Source: a virus
Lineage: Duplodnaviria > Caudoviricetes
DNA: 36,126 nt
Reading direction: 5' to 3' (one strand)
Virus record (IMG/VR): IMGVR_UViG_3300003541_000008
Span: 1-36,126 of that record
Positions 15,974-25,700 of the stretch are shown one piece after another. The translations under genes were made by a program, and so were the position numbers. Position 1 is the stretch's first letter. Each line of letters begins with the position of its first letter. The notes beneath the pieces were generated by a model that was given only the letters and a program-made list of their open reading frames with translations, was not told where the DNA came from and did not search any database.

Positions 15974-16241
15974 CCACGTCCTTTTAACCGCCGAAGAATA
16001 TCATGAGCTTAAGCAGGGGGTTGTCGTCCACGAGGTCAAGGCTGACCAGCTTATGACGAAAACCGCTGCACGGAGCGGCGTCAAAGCGCTTCTCAAAGCG
16101 TCGGGGTTCACCTGTTACCACGACAGGCGCCCTGTCCCCGGAAGGGACGACGCTTGTTGTGGGGAATGCCCCGTTATGGCCACCCTGGGCAATGATTGCG
16201 GAGAGCGCCTTTGCCAGCGCCAAAAATGGTGGGGCCAATGA
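15957..16241 (+). CDS. Cys-rich hypothetical protein (94 aa)
   Basis: CYH..CCGEC..C..C cluster; overlapping gene string. Confidence 0.65.
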   Translation: MKRLNDHVLLTAEEYHELKQGVVVHEVKADQLMTKTAARSGVKALLKASGFTCYHDRRPVPGRDDACCGECPVMATLGNDCGERLCQRQKWWGQ

Positions 16242-16528
16242 GCATTTTTGAACTTACGCCCACGCGCCTTACCCGAGTCTTTTCTTTTGACGATTCTGAT
16301 GGGTGGGTCGAACTTACGATTCTCTACAACAGGCCGGACCCCAGCGCGCCAGGGGTTTTTCCCCTGCGCTACTGGCGGGTTTTCTGCGGGGATATGCGGC
16401 TCCCCATCTCCAAGGCGAACAAGGCGCAGACGCGCCAGTTTGAAAAGCTTCTGGGCGAGCTGAATAAGCCCGCCCTTGTTAAAAGTGATAGCTATGGGTG
16501 GCTTGTTGTCTACCCGATTCGGTCATAG
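16238..16528 (+). CDS. Hypothetical protein (96 aa)
   Basis: ATGA overlap; converges on the tail fibre stop. Confidence 0.65.
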   Translation: MSIFELTPTRLTRVFSFDDSDGWVELTILYNRPDPSAPGVFPLRYWRVFCGDMRLPISKANKAQTRQFEKLLGELNKPALVKSDSYGWLVVYPIRS

Positions 16529-17587
16529 CTTTATGATTTTATTAGCTATAAGCGCAGGCTGTACGTTGTTGTGCGCCGCGTTTGACCCCGTGTTCTGTAT
16601 CGATATCCCAGTATATGCTAAACCAGATGTTCCTGGAGCTGGGGTATAGGAGTACATCGACGTGGACCCCCCTACTGTATTGTATCCGTGCGTGGTCGGA
16701 GTATCATATGTGTGAGTGTGCCCAGGATCGTTGACGCCGTGGCCATGCTGCGCCAGTTGCGCCACCGTCAGGGTATGCGTTTCCGCTCCGCCGTAGTTTC
16801 CTAAAACTGTTCCGTCAACGCCCGATCCCCCAACCGTCACACGGGAAGCCGCCGTTCCGCCCATGTCATCGCGCCCCACCACGGCGCGCCCGCGCGCGTC
16901 AGGCAGCGTGATCGTTTTGTGCGCCGCGTAGTCTGCTGCGGCGTTCGCTCCACGGCCGCCAGACACGGCCGCCAGCGTGTTGGGCAAGCTGTTCCATAAG
17001 AGCTGGAATAGCGCCGACGTGTCGGCGTTGGCGCGCTCCGTTGCTCCGGAGGACGCGTCCCCTATCGTTCTTCCGGACAGAAAAACGTACCCCGTGGGGA
17101 CGACGGACCCTATAAAGTCGTAAATCGCCCCTGTTGGAATAGCCGCCGCCATCGCATACGCGGCGGCGTCCATCGGGGCTTGCAGTAAAACCTCATCTGT
17201 CGCCAAGACATAGCTGGCCGTTCGCAACGTCCCCGTTAAGAGCTGCGCTGCGCTCATATTGACGCCTGACGTCAGGCGAAGCGGTTTGGCGGTAAGCCCG
17301 TCCAGACTGATCGTCGGCGCCGCTGAATTGTCGGCGTGGGGTATGAACGTAAAAGAAAACCCGTTTTGCCATGCGGACAAAACTTGATTAGTCGTCAAAA
17401 GATAAGCGGCGCCCGTGCCTGTCGTTGTCCCCGCGCATCCAATGTCGTCACGAAATTTTGCGGCGGCGGCCATCATGGCGCGCCCGCTGTCGTTCACGGA
17501 CCCCGGCGTTTGCCCCTCCGCCCAATTGATGGACGGGTCCGCTCCAGCGTTGGCCCCAGCTGATTTGGACCATCTATAAAAAGACAT
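16523..17587 (-). CDS. Tail fibre protein with phage tail-collar domain
   Basis: N-terminal WS..A..N..AD..INWAEGQ.P.SVNDS anchor; PTGAI..F.G..VPTGY..LPDARGR collar; GGAETHTLT..HNNVQP tip. Confidence 0.9.
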   Translation of the reverse strand: MSFYRWSKSAGANAGADPSINWAEGQTPGSVNDSGRAMMAAAAKFRDDIGCAGTTTGTGAAYLLTTNQVLSAWQNGFSFTFIPHADNSAAPTISLDGLTAKPLRLTSGVNMSAAQLLTGTLRTASYVLATDEVLLQAPMDAAAYAMAAAIPTGAIYDFIGSVVPTGYVFLSGRTIGDASSGATERANADTSALFQLLWNSLPNTLAAVSGGRGANAAADYAAHKTITLPDARGRAVVGRDDMGGTAASRVTVGGSGVDGTVLGNYGGAETHTLTVAQLAQHGHGVNDPGHTHTYDTPTTHGYNTVGGSTSMYSYTPAPGTSGLAYTGISIQNTGSNAAHNNVQPALIANKIIKL

Positions 17588-17610
17588 GCATCTTCCCCCG
17601 TAGGCGCAGC

Positions 17611-18000
17611 TTAGCCGAATAGCCGTTGCGCCAAATACCCATCACTCGGAAGCCCATATTTCTCCGCCAGCGCGGCAAAGTTCGGTTGAACCGGCGCCAC
17701 AGGCGTAGGCGGTTTTGCTGCGCCTGTGGCCGCCGCTGGCGCTGCTCCCGCTGGCGGCGTTGGTGCGGCTGCTGGCGGCGTTGGCGCGGCTGCTGGCGGC
17801 GTTGGCGATGCTCCCGCCTGGGGTGGTTGCCCACCTGGGCCAAACAGCCCCTGAAGCCCCGCGAACACAGACCCCTGGCGCGGCGCTCCGCCTGTCAGGG
17901 TGTTTAAAACTGAACCTTGCGCGCCCACGGGGGCGTTTGGGTTTTGCCCCTCATTCTGTGGCGTTTTCCCAAGGGCCGACAATATTTCAAAAATTCCCAT
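17611..18000 (-). CDS. Pro/Ala-rich putative virion protein (129 aa)
   Basis: GGAGG RBS at 18006-18010; shares two motifs with the 349-aa hydrolase. Confidence 0.75.
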   Translation of the reverse strand: MGIFEILSALGKTPQNEGQNPNAPVGAQGSVLNTLTGGAPRQGSVFAGLQGLFGPGGQPPQAGASPTPPAAAPTPPAAAPTPPAGAAPAAATGAAKPPTPVAPVQPNFAALAEKYGLPSDGYLAQRLFG

Positions 18001-18691
18001 AGGGGCCTCCGCGTCCTTGGTCCATATACCCGCCCCGCAACCCATACTGCTGGGCGTACTGGTTCCAGTTCGGCCGCGTCGCCACAGGCCCCTCGGTTGC
18101 ATGCGCTGGTCCTCCAGCGGACGCAACCGTTGAACCTGCAGGCGCGGCCGTTGAACCTGCAGGCGCGGCCATGGTTTGCGGCGTGGCGTCAACCACTCCT
18201 GGGCGATGCGCTCCGCCGCTATACGGCGTCAGGTTCGCTGGAACGCCATTGTTTCCTGATGAAAATACAGGGGTGATTTTCACCGTTGAGCTATCAGCGC
18301 CAAATGGCTGCAGCGGGTTGAATGGGTTTGGAGCGGGGACGCCCAAAGGATTTGGGGCGGACAGCCCCAAAGGATTAGTTACGGAGGGGTTTCCAAATGT
18401 CCCCCCGAGCCCCGTGAATGGTTGTGTGAGGGGGTTTGTTGGCGTTGGGAAGGGGTTTGTTGGCGTTGGGAGAGGCAGCCCCGGCGCCAACATGGGGTTT
18501 CCCTGCTGGTTCCCCTGTTGTTGCCCTTGCTGGTTTACCTGCCCCCCACTCTGCTGGCCAGCTGGCGCGTACTGAATAGTCGCCAGCCCCTGTTGCGCTC
18601 CGGGTTCCCTTTGCTGTCCTGGCGCTCCGGGCTGCGCCGCCATACCGAACGGCCTGTTTCCTGTAGTGACCGCGCTAAAGTTGGCTGCCAT
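17987..18691 (-). CDS. Pro/Gln/Asn/Gly-rich disordered putative virion protein (234 aa)
   Basis: GAGGA RBS; NP(F/L) repeats; shared C-terminal motif. Confidence 0.75.
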   Translation of the reverse strand: MAANFSAVTTGNRPFGMAAQPGAPGQQREPGAQQGLATIQYAPAGQQSGGQVNQQGQQQGNQQGNPMLAPGLPLPTPTNPFPTPTNPLTQPFTGLGGTFGNPSVTNPLGLSAPNPLGVPAPNPFNPLQPFGADSSTVKITPVFSSGNNGVPANLTPYSGGAHRPGVVDATPQTMAAPAGSTAAPAGSTVASAGGPAHATEGPVATRPNWNQYAQQYGLRGGYMDQGRGGPYGNF

Positions 18692-18707
18692 TTCTTTTCC
18701 TCTCGGC

Positions 18708-19757
18708 TTAGCCCTGGCGCTGCGCGCCGAACAGATCATTTAGGCTGAATAGGTTTTGGGTTAGATACCCGTCATTAGTTCCGAATGCGTTCGCCAATGA
18801 CGTATAATTTGGTCGAAAATCATGGGCCACAGGAGGAGCCGATGGCGCCGCCGCTGTCGCCGCCGCTTTTTCCAGGGCGTGTTTTGCCAATTCCTGCCCC
18901 TTCGCGCGTTGCTGCGCCGCCGCCTGTTGCTGGTCTACCGGCGCAGCGCCAGAGGCCCCTGACGCGCCGCCGAACAGACTTTGCAGACCCGCGAACACGG
19001 ACCCCTCAGACGGCCGCCAGCCTGGGTTTTGCCCAGCAGCGGCTTGCGCCGCTCCGACAAGCCCCGCCGTTGGCGCTCTGGCGCTCGCACGCTCCTGGGT
19101 CGGCAGGGCCCTAGAAACAGCGCCCCCTGGCGTCGCCAGCGTTTCAGCCCCCGGTTCAGGTTGCGGCGTCGGGCCCGTTCCTGGAGCTCCGCCATAGTTC
19201 GGCATGGAGCGCGGGTCAACACCGACACGTTCGGGGTCCTGGGCGAGCGTCCCGCCATGCTCTTTTGGCGTCAAGAACCTATGGCTTTTGTCGGCGAAAA
19301 CCTCATAGCCGTACATGTCAGGGTTTGCTTGCGGATCGTACCCCGTCCAGTTCGAACCACGCGGCCCCCAATCCTTGTACAGGGAGGGGTTTTTGCGCTC
19401 CTGCTCAAGCATATCTTTGGGGGACATGAGAAAATGAGTCGCCCCATTAACAGGGTCGCCGTATTCGCCAGACTGCCGACGCCTCACCCAGTCAGAAACA
19501 ATTTCCATATGCGGCGACGCCAGGACTTCGTCAAAGCGCGCCTTCGCCCTGGCGTCGAACGTCGGCTGATACATGCGAGAGCCGACGTGCGCGCCCAGGT
19601 CCTTCTTCTCTTTGGCGGCCCGGTTGACCATGGCTCCAGTGACGTGAATCGCGTCAACGGGGTTATCCTCGCCAACCTCCAGAAGCGCCATAGCGGCCGC
19701 CTTCCTGTCCGGCGTCAGCGCCTTCCACCGTGGATCATCATTTATCCAGTCCGCCAT
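18708..19757 (-). CDS. Virion-associated cell wall hydrolase, SleB/CwlJ (Hydrolase_2)-like, with disordered C-terminus
   Basis: ALLEVGE..V.GAMVNRA...DPVNGATHF...P..W...HRF pattern. Confidence 0.75.
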   Translation of the reverse strand: MADWINDDPRWKALTPDRKAAAMALLEVGEDNPVDAIHVTGAMVNRAAKEKKDLGAHVGSRMYQPTFDARAKARFDEVLASPHMEIVSDWVRRRQSGEYGDPVNGATHFLMSPKDMLEQERKNPSLYKDWGPRGSNWTGYDPQANPDMYGYEVFADKSHRFLTPKEHGGTLAQDPERVGVDPRSMPNYGGAPGTGPTPQPEPGAETLATPGGAVSRALPTQERASARAPTAGLVGAAQAAAGQNPGWRPSEGSVFAGLQSLFGGASGASGAAPVDQQQAAAQQRAKGQELAKHALEKAAATAAAPSAPPVAHDFRPNYTSLANAFGTNDGYLTQNLFSLNDLFGAQRQG

Positions 19758-19776
19758 AGTATCCCCCTGGGCGAAA

Positions 19777-22700
19777 TCACCGCGTCGCCCTGCGCGGGAT
19801 AAGATCAGCGAATGTTATCCTAACACCCTGTCCGATAACAGGGGCCTGCTCTGGCGTAAGGTCTGCGAAATCAATTCGCCCAGAGGGCGCTCCGGCCATG
19901 CCGCCCGCGACAGGAAGAAGATCATGGAACCGAATCAGCTCTGGGTCGCGATACCGGCCGCCGACGTCTCCGCTGTACATCCCTCCGAAAATGTCGCCGA
20001 CGTTTTCGGCGCCACGGTTGACGAGCGCTTTTTTCGTGCGCTTGAAGAACTCTCGGACGCGGTCAAACGCCGCCGCCGCTTCTTTTGGGACGGCCGCCGC
20101 GTCGCGGTTGACAGCGTAGTCAGCGTAAGCGTGATCTATGGCCTCTTGGAGGATAAGCCCCTCAACGTCCGGCGCATGGCGGTAGGCAGCGCGATATCGG
20201 GCGGAGTCGGCCTCCCCAATGTACTTTTCAATCCAGTTCTCTTTAACAGCCGTCTGGCGCAGAAGCGCATTTTGCTGCGGCGACAGGAGATCAAGGCCGT
20301 TCGGCCCCATCGCATGCGCGGATTCTTCATGAAAAACGCGCATCGGGTCCGCAGCGCTTAGCGCAATCCCGATCGTGCGTTGGCGGCGCGACCAATAGCC
20401 GTCCAATTGCGCCTCTCCGCCACGCTTATTGTAGAGCGGCTGTCCTCCTAGGATCGCTTCACGCATCTGCGGGGTGATGTCTATGGTTTTCAGGACAGGC
20501 GCAGGCTTAAGTTGCCTGTCAACGAACGCTTTTGCTTCAGCTGATAGGCCCCGGTACGCCTTATCTGGATAGCCCCACCGGGACTCCCCTGCTGCGTCGT
20601 CCAGCTCATCAAGGATGTGTTGCGGAGCGTCGCCGCGCATGGCGTCGCGTGTGGCCGCCTCGAAGTCGTCGCTTGTCAGCTTATCCCCCAGATCATGAAT
20701 AGGCTCCTCCGTGACCTTTCCGCCCCACTTCGCCGTATACTTTGCAAAAAACGCCGGAGTCCGATCCTCATACTGAAGCTGCATTCCTAGATTGGCCGCG
20801 CCGCCCTCTGGCATGGCCTCCTTTTGCACGCGCCCATGCAGCTCCCCCGGCGCGGCCGTTTCCCACGCCGACGCATGTGACTCAATCGGAATAGCCTGCA
20901 AAGGGTTCATTCTCCCCATGGCGAGGTCATAGCGGACTGATTCAGCGGCGGGCGCTCCGAACTTCTTCGCTATGAACGCCAGCGCCGCCGTATGGCCGCC
21001 CTGCGGATCGCCCTTCAGCTCTATCGTCTGTGCTTTTTCTGTCTTGTCGTCCGTGAAGGGTTCGCCGTTTTTATCCTTGGGCGTCAGCACGATGTTATTG
21101 TCTACAGCGCTCCAGTCGAGCTCTGATATGCGTGGCGCGCCTACGGCGTCGCCGATCATGCGCGCCTTGGGCAAGACGATCGTGTCATAGCCGTTTTCAA
21201 CTGCGTGGCGGAGCGCCAGCTTAAGCCCAAGGTCCAGCCAGAGGCCGCCTTTGTAGGGGATATTCAACATTTTGTCTGTTGGAAGCTCTGGTACTGGAAA
21301 TTCGGCCTCTACTTTATTAAGTGCGTCATAGGCTTCTACGCGTTTTTTTAGTATTTTCGCCATTATTTTAAACTGTCTTTCTGGGATACAGCTTAAAAAC
21401 TCAGTCGCGACCCAAGTTGAATACTGCTCTTCATGAGGAGCCCACTTATCGACGTTTCTTTTTCCGAAGCGCTCAATATTGAATTCTTGCGGGGTCGGAA
21501 TTTCGACAGGCTTTCCAGTCCCCGCGCGCTCTTCCATAATGCGAACGAGCCCCCCATAATCCCCCTGAAACATCGGGGCTACCCTTTTACGCATATGCTC
21601 CTCTTTAGCCATGACGTTTTCCATCATTCGTTCATAAAGAGCGCCGTTGTTATAGTTGTATGCGTCATCCAGTTTTCTAATCGCCTCCAGAGGAGCTTTG
21701 CGCGCCTCTGCGCGCCTGTCCGCCGCCTTTTGGAACGCCTGTTTCGCCGCCTCCCTCTGGGCAAGCGTCTCATATCCCCTGTCTTCTCCAAGGGCGTGCG
21801 CGTCAGACTGCGTTTCTTCAATCAGGAGGCCCTTGCGCGGCTTAGTTTGCCCAGGGAGCGGCGGTAGGTCGACCTCTCCAAGCCTTTGATGAATAATTTC
21901 GTGCGTCTCAAAGTGTTTTGATGTATACCGCCCAATCAGATGCTTAGGCTTCACGAGAATTTCAGCCATGTATCGAGCTCCGGGGATTATATATTCGTGA
22001 AATTTCGTCCCCACGGAGGAGAAATCGTTTATCCCCTGCGCGCCTTCCGGTATGTCGTCCGGCCTTTCCATGTCTATAACTTCGTTGGCTGCTTCGTCGT
22101 GCAGCTTTTGCGCCGCGTCGAGCGCCTCATTTTGATAATGGTACTGATCAGCCTCAACAGAATAAGAGCTTGGATTTGTTGAGAATACGATGGCGTTTTC
22201 GTATTTCTCGTGAGCAATAACAACAGGGTTAATATAGTCCAGCCGTGGGAAAGCGTCAGACTTCACAATATCGACGGTGAACCCCATCTTATGCATGTCT
22301 TCGAGTGTCGGGGCTTTTTCCATGTTCCCCGACGCGTCAGCAAACCCGTTCTCCTCCAACAGTTCCCAGATGTGGTTATTGTCTGTAAGCGCGCTGATCA
22401 TTTCATCAGGCGAAACAGCCGCCGTTACCTGCGCCATGCTCCGCGCCTTGCTGATGTCAAAACTGCTGTCAAGCTCGTCTCTCCTATCCTCCTCCCAGGC
22501 GCTGTTGTTCGGCTCCTGATAGTCGTTTTCTTCGGGCGGAGCGTCAGGCCCCCGCAACGTGACAAGGTCAAGGTCCACGTCGGCCGCGTCAACGTAGGCT
22601 TTCAGCGCCGCTTTGCTGACCTTGCCCTTTTCGTCCGCCAGCTGCTTCAGCGCGCCGTCGATATCGACATAGTCGCGCCAGTCCTTCGTCACGCCAGGAA

Positions 22701-25700
22701 TCTTTCCCGGCGCTAGAAGCGCGGACCACTGCCCCACGGTGGCTACGTCCTGGGGAAATGTCTCAATCGCCCGTCCCGCTGGGCTATAGAAGCCGCGCAG
22801 CGACGCCAAACGCTCAAAGGCGCCCATGGGGGCCATGGGGGCCTTTCCGCCAGCAAGCGAAAACATGGCGTCCAGCTTTTTGGGCGTCTTGTGCTCTTTG
22901 GGGATGCTGCGCCACGCGCGTTCCTGCTGGGCAAGCTCGTCTTTGAGCATTTTATGAACGTCGCGCGCCTGCTGATAGTCGTCTGCTGTTGGGCTTTTGT
23001 CTTTGGCGTTGAGGGCGTGACGTCGAAGCATCGCTGCTTTGGCGTTTATCATGCTCTCTTTTTTTCCGGCGTCGTACTCTTGGCGGTCAAAGCTATAGCC
23101 CAGAGCTTCCCGCCAGTCCGTTGATCTGAGTATGTCTTTTAATTCTTGGGGCTCGCTATTTTCAAGAATGCTCCTATCAACACCCATCGCCTTCGCGTAA
23201 CTATCAAGTATCCTTTTTGCTGATTTACTGCGAGATTTGAAATTACGCTGCGCCTGTTCTTCAATATCGTACGTCTTTAGCTCTCTCTTATTGCTTAAAC
23301 GCCCCTCGTTTATCTGCTTAGGCGACAGATATCTATCGTCTTCAGGATCAAGTTTCCTATGACCTGCGACAGCTTCGGGGTTCCTATTCTTCCAATAGGC
23401 ATATCCGTCATCAAGCAATGTCCCTGACGGGCTCATCCGCATGCCCAGCATATTTTCAAGGGCGTTGTACATGGCTGTGGCCACGCCGCGGCGGCGCCAG
23501 GATTGCCCGTTTCGCCGCTTCGGCGTTATTTCAACCATGCCAACCTCATAAAGCGGCATGCGGTGGCCATGCGTCTTGTACTGGCCGACGCCTTTAAAAT
23601 TGAGGTCCACCCCGCCCAGAGGGGTCTTATATGCGCGCTCCTGCGTTGGGAGGTCCTCAATCTTTCCCGGTATATCCTCATGGATATCAACGCGTAAGTC
23701 CTCTCCATCCTCAGAAAGGCGTAAGAGGAACGGCTTCCCCTCTTTGTCCGTCAGCCGCGTAACCATGGCGTTTCCGCGCATGACAGGCGCGGGAGGCGGA
23801 GCGCTCCGCCCAGGCGCTTCCTTCGCCGCTACGAGGGGCGCCGCCTTCGGCTCCTCCGGCGCCAGCGAAAACATTTGGTCCGGCGTCGCCCTGTCCTTGG
23901 CGTCCTGTGGCAGACTGTCCCACGCCGCTTGAAGCGCGGCGCGCTCCTTGGGCAACTCCTTCGCCCAGGCGCTCTTTAGATTAAGCCCTGGCGTCGCAAG
24001 ATTGGCGTCAACCAGTGTCAGCGCCTGCTTAATTTGGAGCGGGCTCAAATAATGGCCGTGGTATTTGCTCCACCTATGGTCTTTCACGGCCTCTGGGCGG
24101 CGGTTCTGCCACAGCTTTTGATAACCGTCCTTCGTCAGGAACCCCGACGGCTCAATCGGCGCGCCCAGATGCTGTTCGATCGAATCATAAAGCTTTTGCG
24201 CCAGCCCTTGCCCAGGCGCGGCGGATGTGTCCACGTCGTCGACCTGCCAACGGCCATCCGGATGACGCGACAGCGTGGCGTAACCAAGGGGCTCGCCATG
24301 TTGCTTTGTCGGGGACTGCAGGCGGTTGAATTTTAAACCTTCGGGGTAAATCCGGTAGGTCCGGCGATCTGTCCGGCCGCCCTCTGGCTTTTCTGCGGTG
24401 ACAACGCCGGAATGACCGGGGATGTTAACGGTTTCTGCCCCTGCAACGCCTCTGCGGCCCGCGTCTGCACGGCCGCCTTCTGGAGGAGCCCCATATGCTG
24501 TTCGCTGCCCTTCGGGAACAGCTGCGCCATAGCTTTGTTTTGCTGCGCCATTCGATGGTACTGCTTCGGATGGAATTCCGGCATTTGGAGCGCCCTCCCT
24601 GGGCAGGCTGAAAACATCGTTCGCGGGCGCCGCGCCGATCGTCCCGGCGTTTTCGCGGTAGGCGTTGATTTCGTTTATGCCCCCACGCGGGAACATACGA
24701 CCGGCCGCCGCCTGCATTTGGGCCATGTGCGCCGCCTCTTCAACGGTAGGCGCGGCCGACTCTGGCGTTGGGGACCCATTCAGAGTCGGCCGTCTCGCCT
24801 CTCCCGGAGCGCCCGGAAGCCTGTCGGCTGGCCCTTGATCCTGCGGAACAGGCGGAAGGGCCTGTTCGTCCGGCATAATCGGCAAATCCTCTGCACGCGT
24901 CGGCGGCTTAAGGCGCGCCTGGGCGGGGGTTTCCGCCGTTGGCGCGGCCTGACCTTCTGGCGGCGGCAGTCCTTCCGGCGCGGGCTCTCCGGCCGGAGCG
25001 CGGCCCGGTTCATGCGGACGGCCTTCAAAGTTGATTGGCGTCGGCTCTATTCCAGAGGCGCGCAGTTGGTCAATCGCCGCCGCGCCAAGGCGGTGGCCCC
25101 CCACAAGCACGGCGCCAGTAGCCGCGCCGATAAGCGCCGTCTGCGCGGCCTCCTCCGCCGTGGGGAGGCCCTTTCCCTCATTGATCTTAATCGCGGCCTG
25201 CTGGGCGACAGACAGCGCCGGCTGAACGCCAAACACCTGCGCCAGCGCTTCGCCCAGGGGGCGCTTAAGCGCCTCTCCGGACTTCCCGAACAGCGCGAGT
25301 CCTGGCGCCGCGCCCATCGCCGCGCCAAACGCGCCAGCGATTCCAGTCTCTTGCATGGCGCGCGAAACGGCCGCGTCATGGTCCAGCCCCTCCGCCCGCG
25401 CCTTCTGATAGGCTGGCGCGACGGTCTGCAGGGCGCTGCCCAGGCCGAACCCAAGCGCGGAACCCGCCAGCTGCCCGCCTGGGCCGTATGCGGAGCCGAT
25501 CGCCCCGCCAGCGAACCCCGTCGCCAGGGAGGGGGCTGACGCCGCAAGGCCGTGCGTCATCTGCGCCGCGATCCACGCGGGGTTGTGCCAGCCTTTGCTG
25601 ATTGGCGTCTCCAACAGCTCTTGGGCCTGGGGATTGACTTTGGCGCGGTCGCCGGTTGGCTCGCTAAACGCAGTCGGCGCGTCTGTGACTGATTGAAGCC

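Noticed and set aside
17611-18192. Programmed frameshift joining the 234-aa and 129-aa genes
   Set aside because: The downstream gene has its own GGAGG RBS and ATG at 18000, and both genes end with their own copy of the shared motif
24412-25539. 375-aa plus-strand ORF and similar Arg-rich antisense ORFs across the structural module
   Set aside because: Typical high-GC shadow frames opposite clear virion genes
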